A DNA stretch of 64,000 bases from Balanoglossus misakiensis (lineage: Eukaryota; Animalia; Hemichordata). The position numbers and the translations under genes were made by a program. The notes below the pieces were generated by a model. That model was not told the origin of the DNA, searched no databases, and saw nothing but the letters and a program-made list of their open reading frames with translations. Below, in pieces: positions 1-10,890 of the stretch. Every line of letters starts with the position of its first letter. Positions within the stretch are counted from its first letter, which is position 1. The stretch is taken from contig CM082577.2 in NCBI GenBank assembly GCA_040954595.2, forward strand, positions 8,891,846-8,955,845. The letters are read 5' to 3'.

Positions 1-56
1 TGTACGAGCTGTTTACACCAAACAAGTCACTATAATGCTTCCCAATTTCCCCTCAG

Positions 57-1263
57 GAACTTGGAAGCCACTCAACTGTTGACATTACAGGAATCATGTA
101 ACAGAAGAAGTTAAATGAAACTCCGGCTCAATCGCCCATGAAATGAACACCTGGTGAAAATGGCACGACTCTTCGCGGTTTTGTAATTCAAAACTTTGCA
201 GTGCGCGATTTCAAAACAGGAAACGACTGGCAGCTCCGGGGAAATGTTACATGGATTTTATTGCATCTACAGTATTAAACAGGACACGAAAACCATGCAC
301 TGAAACGTACACTGATTATTACAGAGCAGGGTTAAGTATATACATAATAAGCGGCAATGAATCTGACTGAGGTATGAAATGGACACATCAAAATACTGTT
401 GAAATGTACAGGGCAGATGTGTTTCCTAGTCAGCTCAGTGTGAAATTAATACATTTAGTACATCACTGTTGTGATTCAACTATCGTCTTTGTTAGTAATT
501 CAGGAGTTCTGTGTGTAGTTGTACTTCAAAGGAAATACTATATTTCCTATGTGAGAAGCACTGCCATGTCATAACATTATGAAATATTTTTTTTAAAAAT
601 ACCTGTTATATTTATACGGGTTAATTAGGAGCCTGATACTCTGTGCTTGTCAATGTGGGCATTATCTTTTGGAAAATTTCATGAACTTTGACAAGCAGTG
701 GTCGGTCATTTGGTGCAAGACCGAGTTTTGGACTCCAGGCTTATATCCTGGGTGATACCTCAAACATAAAACATTTGAGAGAAAACCATATTTAAATCTG
801 AGCTTGTAGGTCAGGTCTTTGGTATTTTGGTCAGTGGAAATAACACTGAGCTACTCTCAAAAGAAGTAAGACTATAGCTTAACTCAAGTGTGAATGGTTT
901 GTCATTATTGTTGTGTAAGTTTTGTTACTTGAACATACAGAATAATACATGAAAAATGTTGACGAAAATAATATGATTTCAGAAGTTCGCATTTTCAGAT
1001 GTAAATGCATGGCGCTTTTTTTCAATTGGACGGATAATGTACATGTAATTTCACCACAGAACACCAGGCATACAGCTACACCAGATAAAACGCTGGCACA
1101 TAAATACAACATGCGGTATTTGAATATGTTTTATGCCCAGCGAAAACATGTTGACAGACTCTTCTGAACAATTGAGCAAATTCCTCTTGTGATACAAAAA
1201 TAAAATGTGATGTTGCTTACAAAAAGAATTGTACATTCAGCATACTGATAGTTTTATAATAAA
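57..1263 (+). other. Probable terminal exon and 3' UTR of an unidentified plus-strand gene entering from the left of the window
   Basis: Strong acceptor (cttcccaatttcccctcAG, AG at 55-56). All three frames stop within about 60 nt. AT-rich sequence follows, with AATAAA at 1199-1204 and 1258-1263. The product cannot be identified. Confidence 0.4.
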
Positions 1264-1585
1264 ATTCTCACCTAGCACTTACAATTTGCACATTGTACAT
1301 CAATAACCAGAAGTGGTACCGTCCGTATGTTTGGTTTTGAGTGGTTAAGTGGCCTCGTTTCATTTTGACATATTTGACACATCTACCAATCTTTAAGACT
1401 GAGCTATGGACAGCTACATACACTTTCAACGCCAACGAATCTATGGTTTGTGGAAGATAAATAATAAGTTACCCACACGATGAAAAGGGACTGCATTAGC
1501 AATGTGGAAGATGTCGATAAAAATCAGTTGGGCTATAAATTAAAGTGAGTTGCAAGTGTTAGACTTCATAATACTAAGCACATTA

Positions 1586-1608
1586 GCCATCTGCTGATAG
1601 AGGGCGCT
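1586..1608. promoter_or_regulatory. Candidate back-to-back CTCF-like motifs between two convergent 3' ends
   Basis: gccatctgctgatagagggcgc contains TAGAGGGCGC on + and CAGCAGATGGC on -, both resembling the CTCF core CCASYAGRKGGCRS. Confidence 0.35.
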
Positions 1609-1725
1609 ATGCTAGACATGACAATCAAACATAATTCAGTAAAACTAAAATAGTCTTTAGTTTTCACCGAACATCTGGTTGGACTTGATTATGTAAATGC
1701 AATGAAGATTTGGAATATTGAACAA

Positions 1726-1731
1726 TTTATT
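1726..1731 (-). terminator. Candidate polyadenylation signal of the RING/TRAF-zinc-finger gene
   Basis: AATAAA on - (tttatt on +), about 140 nt downstream of the stop codon at 1871-1873. Confidence 0.5.
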
Positions 1732-1870
1732 GAAATATTAAAAATTCAGAGGCGAGCAACTGCCTCAGGTCTGCATGATCGTTTGATTCTTGACAAGATT
1801 TCATCGAATCTTCATTAGTCCCTTCTCCGAGTGTGTTGTTGTTTACAGACGTTCGCATCTTCTCTGACCG

Positions 1871-1936
1871 TTACGCCACATGCCATCCAACCAGACACCC
1901 TGGTTTGTTGTCAAGAACGCCGCAAGTCATGCACGT
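1871..1936 (-). CDS. RING/TRAF-zf gene, last coding exon (TCMTCGVLDNKPGCLVGWHVA*)
   Basis: Acceptor ttttcttctatacgcttccacAG, phase 0. 21 codons plus TAA supply the CxxC...GCxxGxH half of the zinc finger begun in the large exon. Confidence 0.85.
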   Translation of the reverse strand, partial: TCMTCGVLDNKPGCLVGWHVA

Positions 1937-2090
1937 CTGTGGAAGCGTATAGAAGAAAAAGAAGTGTATCAGTTTGATCGTTGATGGCGCTATCAACGTT
2001 TTCCTGTTGCATGCTCTGTCAATGGCACGAAAAGGAAAAACACGCAATCTGGAGATAGCAGACTCGGAAATTAAGAAAATTTATACTTAC

Positions 2091-2093
2091 TCC
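2091..2093 (-). CDS. RING/TRAF-zf gene, 3-nt microexon (GGA, Gly)
   Basis: - strand reads tgtttgtttgttttgcttttc...catactcAG|GGA|GTAAGT. Confidence 0.8.
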
Positions 2094-2367
2094 CTGAGTA
2101 TGTCATCGTTGAGTGAAACGGCACATGAAAAGCAAAACAAACAAACATAGAATATGTAAATTCATCCAGTCATGGGGACATTTTTTGCAGCTCTTATTTG
2201 ATTTAAATAACCATGATTCTTTGTCATTTCATTTATCATCATCCTCATCGCTCTTCATGCTATATGACGTAGGATGCACGGGAACTGGAATATTGTTTCA
2301 TTGTTTAATAAATATAAATGCAACAGGCTTTCGACTGAAAGTTAAACAATCCGTTTGTAAAACTTAC

Positions 2368-2370
2368 CCC
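2368..2370 (-). CDS. RING/TRAF-zf gene, 3-nt microexon (GGG, Gly)
   Basis: - strand reads ttttctttcctttctcttcc...gtaattcAG|GGG|GTAAGT. Confidence 0.8.
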
Positions 2371-2820
2371 CTGAATTACAATTCACCCGAAGAATATGGA
2401 AGAGAAAGGAAAGAAAATAGTTAAATCAATGAAACTAAAATTTCCCTTGCATTTTATAAAAGTAGTCCCCCCTCCCCAATTTTGCAAAACATCTGAAACG
2501 CAGACCTCATGGACCGCAATATTGGCTGGCGCCCTCTTTGACACACTTGTCTATTACTTTGTTTTAGCTTGATATGTGCACCAGTAATTCCGTCCCCTTG
2601 AGTTGCTAGGATTACCCCAGTTAATCCAGCGTCTCCTTTGATCCGAGCCGATCCCGCACGGCGTTCGCGGCGATCCTTGTGAAAATCCACCGCCCGAAAG
2701 CAACGGAACACACAAACGGATTAGGCACCCAGCTCATAAACTCGCGTGAAGTTAAAAATAGAAGGGAAGTGAGCACTTGTGTGGGGTTTAGCCAAGATAA
2801 TCCAACCATGGTATACTTAC

Positions 2821-2832
2821 GAAGAGTTGTAA
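2821..2832 (-). CDS. RING/TRAF-zf gene, 12-nt microexon (TTACAACTCTTC, LQLF)
   Basis: - strand reads attgacttattttgtttgctttttttcccgcc...ggcctgcAG|TTA CAA CTC TTC|GTAAGT. Confidence 0.78.
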
Positions 2833-3136
2833 CTGCAGGCCGACGGTGGTAGTGGGGACAATTTTGGTGTCGCATTATTTGGCGGGAAAAAAAGCAAACA
2901 AAATAAGTCAATGGAAGTAACATGTTGATAAATGATATTCTGCGAAGTTGCGAGACAAGAAGTCAGACCGACGACGACAACAGACAGGAAAATGTCTGTA
3001 TAGATACGATTATGGAAAACCGAGATCTCGTGACAGAAATTCACAAAGTATCCTTTAAAACGATTCTTTCACTGACGTCATCTACAAATCGCGTCCTGAA
3101 TGAGAATGATAAAACCAGAATACATGTAATACTTAC

Positions 3137-3139
3137 AAT
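3137..3139 (-). CDS. RING/TRAF-zf gene, 3-nt microexon (ATT, Ile)
   Basis: - strand reads tttttccttttttctctctccctc...catccaacAG|ATT|GTAAGT. Confidence 0.8.
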
Positions 3140-3533
3140 CTGTTGGATGTAGAAATCCGACATCGGAACACACGAGGGAGAGAGAAAAAAGGAAAAACAG
3201 GATTTACGATTGCGTAGAATATCGCTCCTGTTTTGTGACACATTCGAAGTATCCACGCGATTCGCGGTAAAATGTATGATCACACTGCATTGCATAACAT
3301 CACTCTTACATTACGAATTATTATTGGACACTCCTAATCCAATGGCTGTTCCGATATCCGTTCCACACTACACATCTGTGCTGTCTCGTTTCTAATTAAA
3401 AGTTGTAAAATCCCGAAGTTCTGTTTCTATCGATGTACTGGCAAGTAGGTATATATTTCCTCCTGTTTGTCTCATATGTTGTCTGTCTGTCTGCGCGCGT
3501 GTCTCTCTGTAATCATGTGTAAATTTCACTTAC

Positions 3534-3536
3534 CGG
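3534..3536 (-). CDS. RING/TRAF-zf gene, 3-nt microexon (CCG, Pro)
   Basis: - strand reads tctgac (branch point-like), then a long pyrimidine tract (~3570-3610), then tttcatcttggtAG|CCG|GTAAGT. Confidence 0.8.
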
Positions 3537-4219
3537 CTACCAAGATGAAAGTATTACGACGATTGACAGGGTGGGGAGAGAAAAGGGGGAAAAAGAAAAC
3601 AAAAACGAAGACAGTCAGATTTTGCTAGGCTATTGCTTTTTCGTATCATATATATTTTTTGGAACATGACAACAAAACATTGCGTTTAATTAATTTTACA
3701 CCATAGTCACCGGAATGGTGAACAGACTGAAAAGCCATTGGACACACGGCAAACTAAAATGTCACCGGGGTTCAACCGGTTCACCGTAGGCTAAAATTTG
3801 AAGCCGGGCACCTTAATTGATGCCCCCTATAAATTCCAGCGACATTTTGTTTGAACAGAGATGACCTCTTGACCCTCACCTTATAATGAGTATAACTGAA
3901 TGAGTGAGATTAGCCACGACATTGTTCTGTGCCGCGGAGTGTAATCATTTTGCCGTTAGGGTACCCTCGAACATTCTAACCACGTGACGGAGATACCCGT
4001 AGCGTTTTTGTATCAACAGTTTCCAGCTGGCGGAGGGAGGGGGGGGGGCTTTGATATCGTAGGCCTACTGAGATCCATGTCGCCGTTTGGTGTCATTGCC
4101 AATAGCAACTGCAGTTGGCTTCAAACTTGAACAGCGTTTCTTTCGTGTTTTTTTTTAAATACCATAACAGCGATTTATACGCCAAAGGTAAAATTCATGT
4201 TTTATTGCAGCTACTTTTT

Positions 4220-4233
4220 GTTTCCATGGCAAC
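4220..4233. promoter_or_regulatory. RFX X-box in the large intron
   Basis: GTTTCCATGGCAAC is a near-perfect X-box. Related motifs occur at 4095-4109 (ATTGCCAATAGCAAC) and 4938-4951 (GTCGCTATGGAGAC). Confidence 0.5.
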
Positions 4234-5234
4234 TGGAAAACAAACGCACCTCACTGTTGGTGGTGGCCGTGTCTTTACCCGGTGCCCTGTCGTAGATATT
4301 GTCGAAATTTCTTAAACGCTGTGACAGTGAGAATAGTTATTGAGAGAGAAAAAACAACAACAACAAAAGATTGTGAAACTTCCATTATTCTCTTATTTGT
4401 AAAGGCACTATTTGATGATCGGTGTTGGCCTGCTGTTAAGTAGGTGGCAATCCTTTCTTCGACGCCTCGTACACTTGTCCGCTATTTCTTCAGAAGTGGG
4501 TCTGCACGGGTCAACACACTCCGCTGCGATTTGCACGCTTTGTTTGCAATAAATCCTCACGGAGAATTTCTCCCTTTGAAATAAACCAACTGCGCAAGTA
4601 TATCGACGCAAGCATGGCAGAAACTATGGGTACGAGGTCAAAACAAATATTTACGCGAAACAAACGTGGCGGGGAAAGTGAAGCACACGGTTGGTCTTGG
4701 TGTGATCATGAGTTCGATTAGTGCATGGCGTGGCGTCGGTTTCTGTTCGTCTTTCTCAAATTGTTTTAAAAGTACCGCGAGGTTAAACTTTTTTTCAGTG
4801 AATTCTTACCGTTTGATGAAAATGTTACCAAGTTTATTTTAACGACGATAGTCTACAGAGCCAATATATTGGTTAAAATAACCACCGGCTTAATTTGCTT
4901 TTAATTTTCTTCAATATTTCTGTATGATCGACCACTCGTCGCTATGGAGACAGCAAACGAACTTCAGGCAGGCTGCATAAGCAAACCAATCCGCGTCTAC
5001 GCTTTAAATTAAATGTCTGCATAGTTTTGGTAGATCAACGGTCGCTTGGGACAACTTTGTTTCTGCGGGAAGGTTGGGGTACAGACACATACACGTCCCC
5101 GACTAATGCATTTCATCCTGTTGAATTCAAAGATACGAACCTACTATATAAAAATCTACTGATTGTTTTTTTTAACTTAAATTTGTTCTAATTTAAGCGA
5201 AGTAAATCCTTGATGATTCGCACATTAATGGTGT

Positions 5235-5414
5235 TTAAAGGTATACAGTCACCTCCAATTTACATACGCCCATATATGTCAGAAATGGCACATTTGTGTG
5301 TTCTGAAGAACATATGTAGGCGCTCTTTTTTCGCGTGTGCCACCCACCGAAAAAACTGTGATTGGCTGGATCTCAATTTCCCATGGTAACTGTAGCTATA
5401 TTTGCATAGGTGAC
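5235..5414. mobile_element. Degenerate TTAA-flanked (Kolobok/piggyBac-type) non-autonomous element fragment
   Basis: Left end TTAA|AGGTATACAGTCACCT. A partial inverted match (AGGTGAC) lies at ~5408-5414; the right end is eroded. Confidence 0.3.
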
Positions 5415-5854
5415 CGCGTCAAAACGACACATAACGCCAACGGAACGAAGCTGCAAGTTTTAAGGGAATACTAGTACATACAAGCAAGTTTCCATGCGTA
5501 CAAGGAACCACAGACCCTCAATCACTGACTGCATGGTGTGAGAATCTCTCGCCAATCTCCCAGATTTTCATTCCCTTGATAAGAACGGCCTACATGACGT
5601 CATAACCATGACAGGGTACAGCTTTTGCAGTATTCCCCCCCCCTCCCCTCCACCATGCACAACTACGTACCTCACGCTCAATGACAATACACGACATAAA
5701 ACAGCGAAATTGTCAATCGCTTTTGTAACACGTCTGCGCGGAGGACGACTTCGCGGTTTGCTTGTCTTAATGGCGTCGTTTCCAGAAAGAAAATCGAAAG
5801 CACGTCATTAGTGATGCTTCTATAATCGAAGGCCGTTCATTGTGATGCTCCCAG

Positions 5855-5897
5855 TTTTTTTTTTTTTTTTTTTTTTTTTTGGGGGGGGGGGGGGGGG
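5855..5897. repeat. T26-G17 homopolymer junction
   Basis: Directly visible. On the gene's sense strand it reads as a C run followed by A26, about 110-150 nt into the intron. Confidence 0.95.
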
Positions 5898-6004
5898 AGG
5901 GGAGCATCTGAGGACGCATCATACTGAATAATCGATAATAACAAAGGGTCTTGTTATTGATTTCAAAATCCTTGTAACCATAATCGGTAACGTTTCTTAC
6001 TCAC

Positions 6005-6949
6005 CCCTTTGTGCCAGGAGCACGCCTTTTCGTGATTTTTACTCTGTTTGAACTTCTTCCGGCATCTGCTGCACTGCAGCGGGTGATCTTCGGTCCTTGA
6101 CGGCGAAGGGGCCGGGAGACGCAAGGCACTGCGGGCGCTGCTTGTCTGCCGCCTGACCGGCAAGAAATCGCGACCTGTCCGTAAACCGTCGGGCTCGGTG
6201 AACGCACTCTGCGTCCGTGAAATCCCTGGCTCGCCGTTCGTAATCGCCAGCGGCCCTCCTCCGCTGCTGCTCAGTGACAGACTGTCTTCGCTGCCGTTCA
6301 TCGAGTTGGGACGCAGCCCGTACCTGGCCCTTTCGACTCTGTCGATCTCCCGATCGAAGGCGTACCTATCGTTCTGAACTTCCTTCTGGTGCCTTCTGAT
6401 GTCTTTCCTGGTCTGTATGACGCTGCGCACTCTCTCGTTGGCCAGTTTTTTGTCCATGCATTTTCTCTTCCTCTGGTGGCTAAACAACAGACAGTGGTAC
6501 GTTTTGAAACCGCAGGCTTGGCAGACTTCCCACCGATAGTCGCACCGTTCCACGTGGGCCTTCACGTCCCTGCGGAGGAATCGGAGCTTGCAGCCGCGTA
6601 GCGAGAACGGGCAGTCGACCTGCGTCAGACCGCAGTCCTTGTCCAGGTGGCGGGGCAAGTCTCTGAGCTTGCACGAACCGCCGCAGTTCTGGTTGCAGGC
6701 AATCTCCAGCGAGAGCAGCTTTTCCTGCAGGACTATCGACGGCTTGGAGAGGGTGTCTTTCAAAGCTTCGTTGCAAACCGGGCAGAAGCGAGAGCTCTCC
6801 GATTTCAGGCGCTTCCGAATGCACGCAGAACAGTAGGTGTGTAAGCAGCTCGGGAAGTTCGACACCGGGTCCAGGTAGACGCACCGGCAGATCGGGCACA
6901 GAAGCTCGGAGTCCACACTGCCGACGAAGCGGTCCACTTCTAGACCCAT
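6005..6949 (-). CDS. RING finger (C3HC4) + TRAF-type zinc finger E3 ubiquitin ligase, RNF151/RNF41(NRDP1)-like; first coding exon (315 codons; full protein about 344 aa)
   Basis: MGLEVDRFVGSVDSELLCPIC matches the RNF41/RNF151-type N-terminus (MGYD...F...VD..L.CPIC). RING: CPIC...CLHTYCSAC...CPVC. Tandem SIAH/TRAF fingers (C..NC...HL..DC; CPF..RGC...HV..C; CQAC...HQ...C) are followed by a helical segment and a Ser/Gly linker. The exon ends at CSWHKG|GTGAGT (phase 0). The ATG at 6949 has A-3/G+4 context. The upstream acceptor tattcattatgtcttacAG (exon starts 6977) makes the ORF-track Met at 6988 intronic. Confidence 0.9.
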
Positions 6950-9900
6950 ATTTTCTCCAGGCGGCACCAAACGCTCGCTGTAAGACATAATGAATACTTG
7001 TCAATTTGGGTAAAGATGAGAGGATGGCGTCGAACGCTCGGAATGTGTAAGATCACTACCGATTTACCACGGAACCTCGATTAAAATGCCAATTAAGGGA
7101 CTGACGATAATTGTCCAAGGGTGAGGGGGATTATAATAATCCTAAAAGTACCCGTACTTTGTTGGTGTCCTTGGTTTAAATAGTCACCTTTTGTTGTTTG
7201 AAAATACATGTAGTGATTTATTTCCCAGGTATCATCGTCATGAAAGCTTTTTTAAGTAGAAAGCAAATGGGAAAGGAAATCAACTAGTCTTGTGAGAAAC
7301 ATCCAAACACCAGTTCATCTCAATGTTGTGCATGTCTGGTTTGCCCGGTAGATGATCGCAACATGTCACGCGTGCTTTATTCATGTTCTCAAGTCTAGGC
7401 TCCTTTCATAAACGACAGTTATATTTACGACCTTCCCCACTGTACAGCCTAAAGATGCGTCACTCTCTGGCCTGTCAATAGTCTGTAACTTTCTACTCAT
7501 GCCCGCCCGCGGATCGTTGATGAATCCTCCCTTAAAACGAACGCAAGCTTTCAACTGCATCCTTGAAGACAACAAAACCAATTCAACAAACAAAAGAAAT
7601 GACACTGTAAATATTTCCAAACGGGATTCGTGATTCACGGAGCGGGGTATTCAATCAGACACGAATGATTTGTTGGAGTCGTCGTAATCCATGATCATTC
7701 ATGGTTCAGTTGTTTGAATTCACCCTTGCCCCTACTAGAAATACCCACGATGATGGTATGTTTGTTGGGCACACGATGGTATTAGAACTTGTGTTCACAG
7801 ACTTAAGTCTCCAAATGTGTTTGCCAGATGCAAGCTATCAGAACACATGCCTATATGTCGAACACAACACAGCAAACACCATAAGTGTACGATTAACCAT
7901 TTAACTGTTGACGGTGTAATTACATGTACACTGTCAATTGCAAACGGATGGGATTTTAAATATATTTTGTCAATCACAAGATTCCGACCACCACATGAAA
8001 AACAGAAAAACATAAATAGTGTGGTTATACATTTCCATTATTAAAGAAATAGTTATGTACTTTTGTGTGGGCGACGGTCAAAGAGAGATAACAACGCACA
8101 GGGATTATTCACACACAACTGAAGTAAAGGAGAAAAATAATCTTAAAATTTCCACGGACCAAGCGTGACCAGGCTTTGCAACTGAACTAGCTAATGTTGG
8201 CGTAAACGAGCCGAAACTAACCCGTCAGAATGTACCTTGGTAGTGAAGTGAGTGACCAGAGCATCGCGGGTGTAGAGTCCGAGAACAGAGACGACCAAGC
8301 TCTTGGAATTCCGAGGGTTCCTGGACAAAAGTCCACAAGGAGAATTGGTGAACCGGAGACAGCTACCGCGGCACAAACTCGCCACTGTGCTTCCTCGGAT
8401 TCGCAGCACCGCCTCTCAATATCGCGTTGACATATCCCAAACACGCTTCAGCGTCGTGTCCTCCGTTCTATCGGCAATTGCCAGAGAAACGACGGGGTCG
8501 TCGTGTACACGTGGACTTCAAAGTTCTATGGAGAAGACAAACGGGCGTGGTGGACGACCGAAGGCTATTCACGTGTACGACTGAGCTAATTATTCATGAA
8601 CACCTGGTCACCTAACACCTGGTCATGCAAATACAAAACTGGCTAAGTTCACCTGGTCACGCTAACAGAAGCCATAGTCGCTTGGTCAAAATACAACAAT
8701 GTCATCGTAACAGTGTTTGATTAAATGCTATGCAGTTCATTATTGTGATGCGATGATGCCGTGCGTTCGACATCAATGAAAACAAAGTCGTATTTACATC
8801 ACATATTTCAAATTTGTGTGTCTTTTTTCATCCTTAAATTAATGGGAAACTTTCGATCAATAATTCACAGCAGAAGATGGTGGCACATGGGGAATTGACA
8901 TGCGCGACTGTAATTGATTAGAAAGGAAACTATCATACGAGTCGTCCACATAAACGTTTGAAATATTCATCTCACAATTTCCTGAAACGTACAAATGGCC
9001 TTAAAGCAATTGGTGAAAGCCTTGTGTTGAATCGCGTATTTATTTTATAGCGACCATCGGAAATGAAGGGAAGTCACGGGTCTTTGAGCGTGTTTACCAA
9101 CCAATTGCCTCTTCAGTCAAATCTCGGCGAAAAAAGGAAACAGAATAGATTTCGATGCATGCATCAGTGCCAAACATTTTGTTGATTAAACCGTCCGAAA
9201 TGCCTTGAGTCGTGTTTCTACATTGAATGACGTTAAAAGCGAAATCAAATCTATCGCTCCGGCGGGAAAGTGTTTGCAGGTGGCTGCCCCGGTGACCTGT
9301 AGTGACGCATTGCAAGACCCATCACACAAAAACAGTTGCGGACAATGGATGGATGCATGAATAACGCGGCTACAGCTATAGGCCCGTGGTGTTAATAGCG
9401 CTCGACTCTGCCCGGCCGCTGATGAAATATAGCATAGTTGGGACGCAAATATTAAGTCATACTACAGCGCCTGGATACGCCGGTTGTATGAAAAGCACTC
9501 GCGGGGAAATTTATCGCCTCGGCTCATCCCCATTTAGTCAACATCCATACTCTTTTGTATTTCGATGCTATTGATTGCCATATCGTTTGGAGAGACCCGT
9601 CAGTATGCAATCGGCCGGCCGAGAGATACTAATATGCACCTTTTGTCGAAGTTGATAACGCAACGCCAGATTAAGGGCCAATTTGCCCCCGGGGTTTGCA
9701 AAGGTGAGGCAATACCTCGCGCCGCTATATCGCTTAGTTGTAAGGAAAACGGCAGCCAATAGAATCAACGTGGAAACTAGGGGCCCTCGAACGGTATCAC
9801 GGGTCGAAACTATGCGGCCACCGGCAATGTGATTGGTGTCTGTTTGATATACGTCCGCAAGAAAGATCATCACGGCTCACTGAATACACACATACATTCG

Positions 9901-10890
9901 CAAACAATCCCTCGGTGTCCCGAACGACACTGCCGGGTGAATATTCGTACCTGTCTAAACACGATACTAGTACTTATGATAATCGGCTATCAACATTTTA
10001 TATATCCATATTTATATGAACGGAGTAGCCACATTTTGTCAGTACATGTACATACATTCGGGGTCATTTTCTGTAAAATTGGCGTTTCATTGTCTGCACG
10101 TCTGCATAAATTGGCCGATGCCTTCCGTCAGCAGGGTTACAACTCAACAGGTATAACACACTGAGGTCTCCGTGTTAGCTCGAGGATTTTTCCTATAGCA
10201 TGTATTGTGTTTGCTTGGAGACACTTCTCAGCAGACCATTGTTTTTCACTGCTTGCGCGCTTTAAATATCCGAGTAGCGATTTACAAACAACGCAATAAA
10301 GACGAGCAAATACACAGCATGCCACAAGAATGTTTTTCATTGTAATTGTAAATCGGTTCATGGACCCTCGGTCAGTCTATCTCCAATATTTATTTTCTAA
10401 CCGATAGCACTTCTACGCGAAATTAATACACCTTTTTTTCTGATAACGCTCTTCTTATCTGTTTTCATCACGTCGAGTTAATTCGGGACTACACTTGAAT
10501 GTCCTAAAAGAGATATCGATTCATTTTACGAGAGTGCGGCTGTGTTTCTCAGCTTGGACTGGAGGGAGTGACGTGGTGATTTGAGATCGCAAAAGTTTGG
10601 CAGAATGACTCCGCTTACAAAATCCCGACGCAATTACACCATGATCCGTACTCGAGGTGGTATAGACAGTAATCCAGGGCGTGTCAAGTGTAGGCTATCC
10701 AGCGCCAGTTTTCAATATTAATTAAAGCCTCCACCGGTCCCAGTAACTACAGTGATCGTGCTGTGTTTTTAAATGGTTGTTGTTGTTTCTATCTTCACCC
10801 TAAACATCTGTGTCTTTTGAGGACATGCAGTACTTGTGTTCAAATCCCATACAGCTGCCCTGAAATCACTGAAATAATCGCAGAACTCAC

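Noticed and set aside
3880-3895. Possible extra 16-nt exon (cAG|TTATACTCATTATAAG|GTGAGG) or AG|GT recursive site in the large intron
   Set aside because: It is frame-shifting, contains an in-frame TAA and has no strong pyrimidine tract, unlike the five accepted microexons. A poison exon cannot be fully excluded.
5963-6988. ORF-track 341-aa single-exon version of the RING protein
   Set aside because: The first Met lies inside a good acceptor (ttatgtcttacAG), and homology starts at M14 (6949). The last 13 residues follow a GGG|GTGAGT donor and leave the zinc finger incomplete.
6001-7004. Overlapping alternative-frame and antisense ORFs over the RING exon
   Set aside because: Shadows of a GC-rich coding exon with no recognisable domains.
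8191-8615. Cluster of overlapping 60-95 aa ORFs in a GC-richer patch
   Set aside because: No homology I recognise, no convincing splice signals, and an in-frame stop just upstream of the longest frame.
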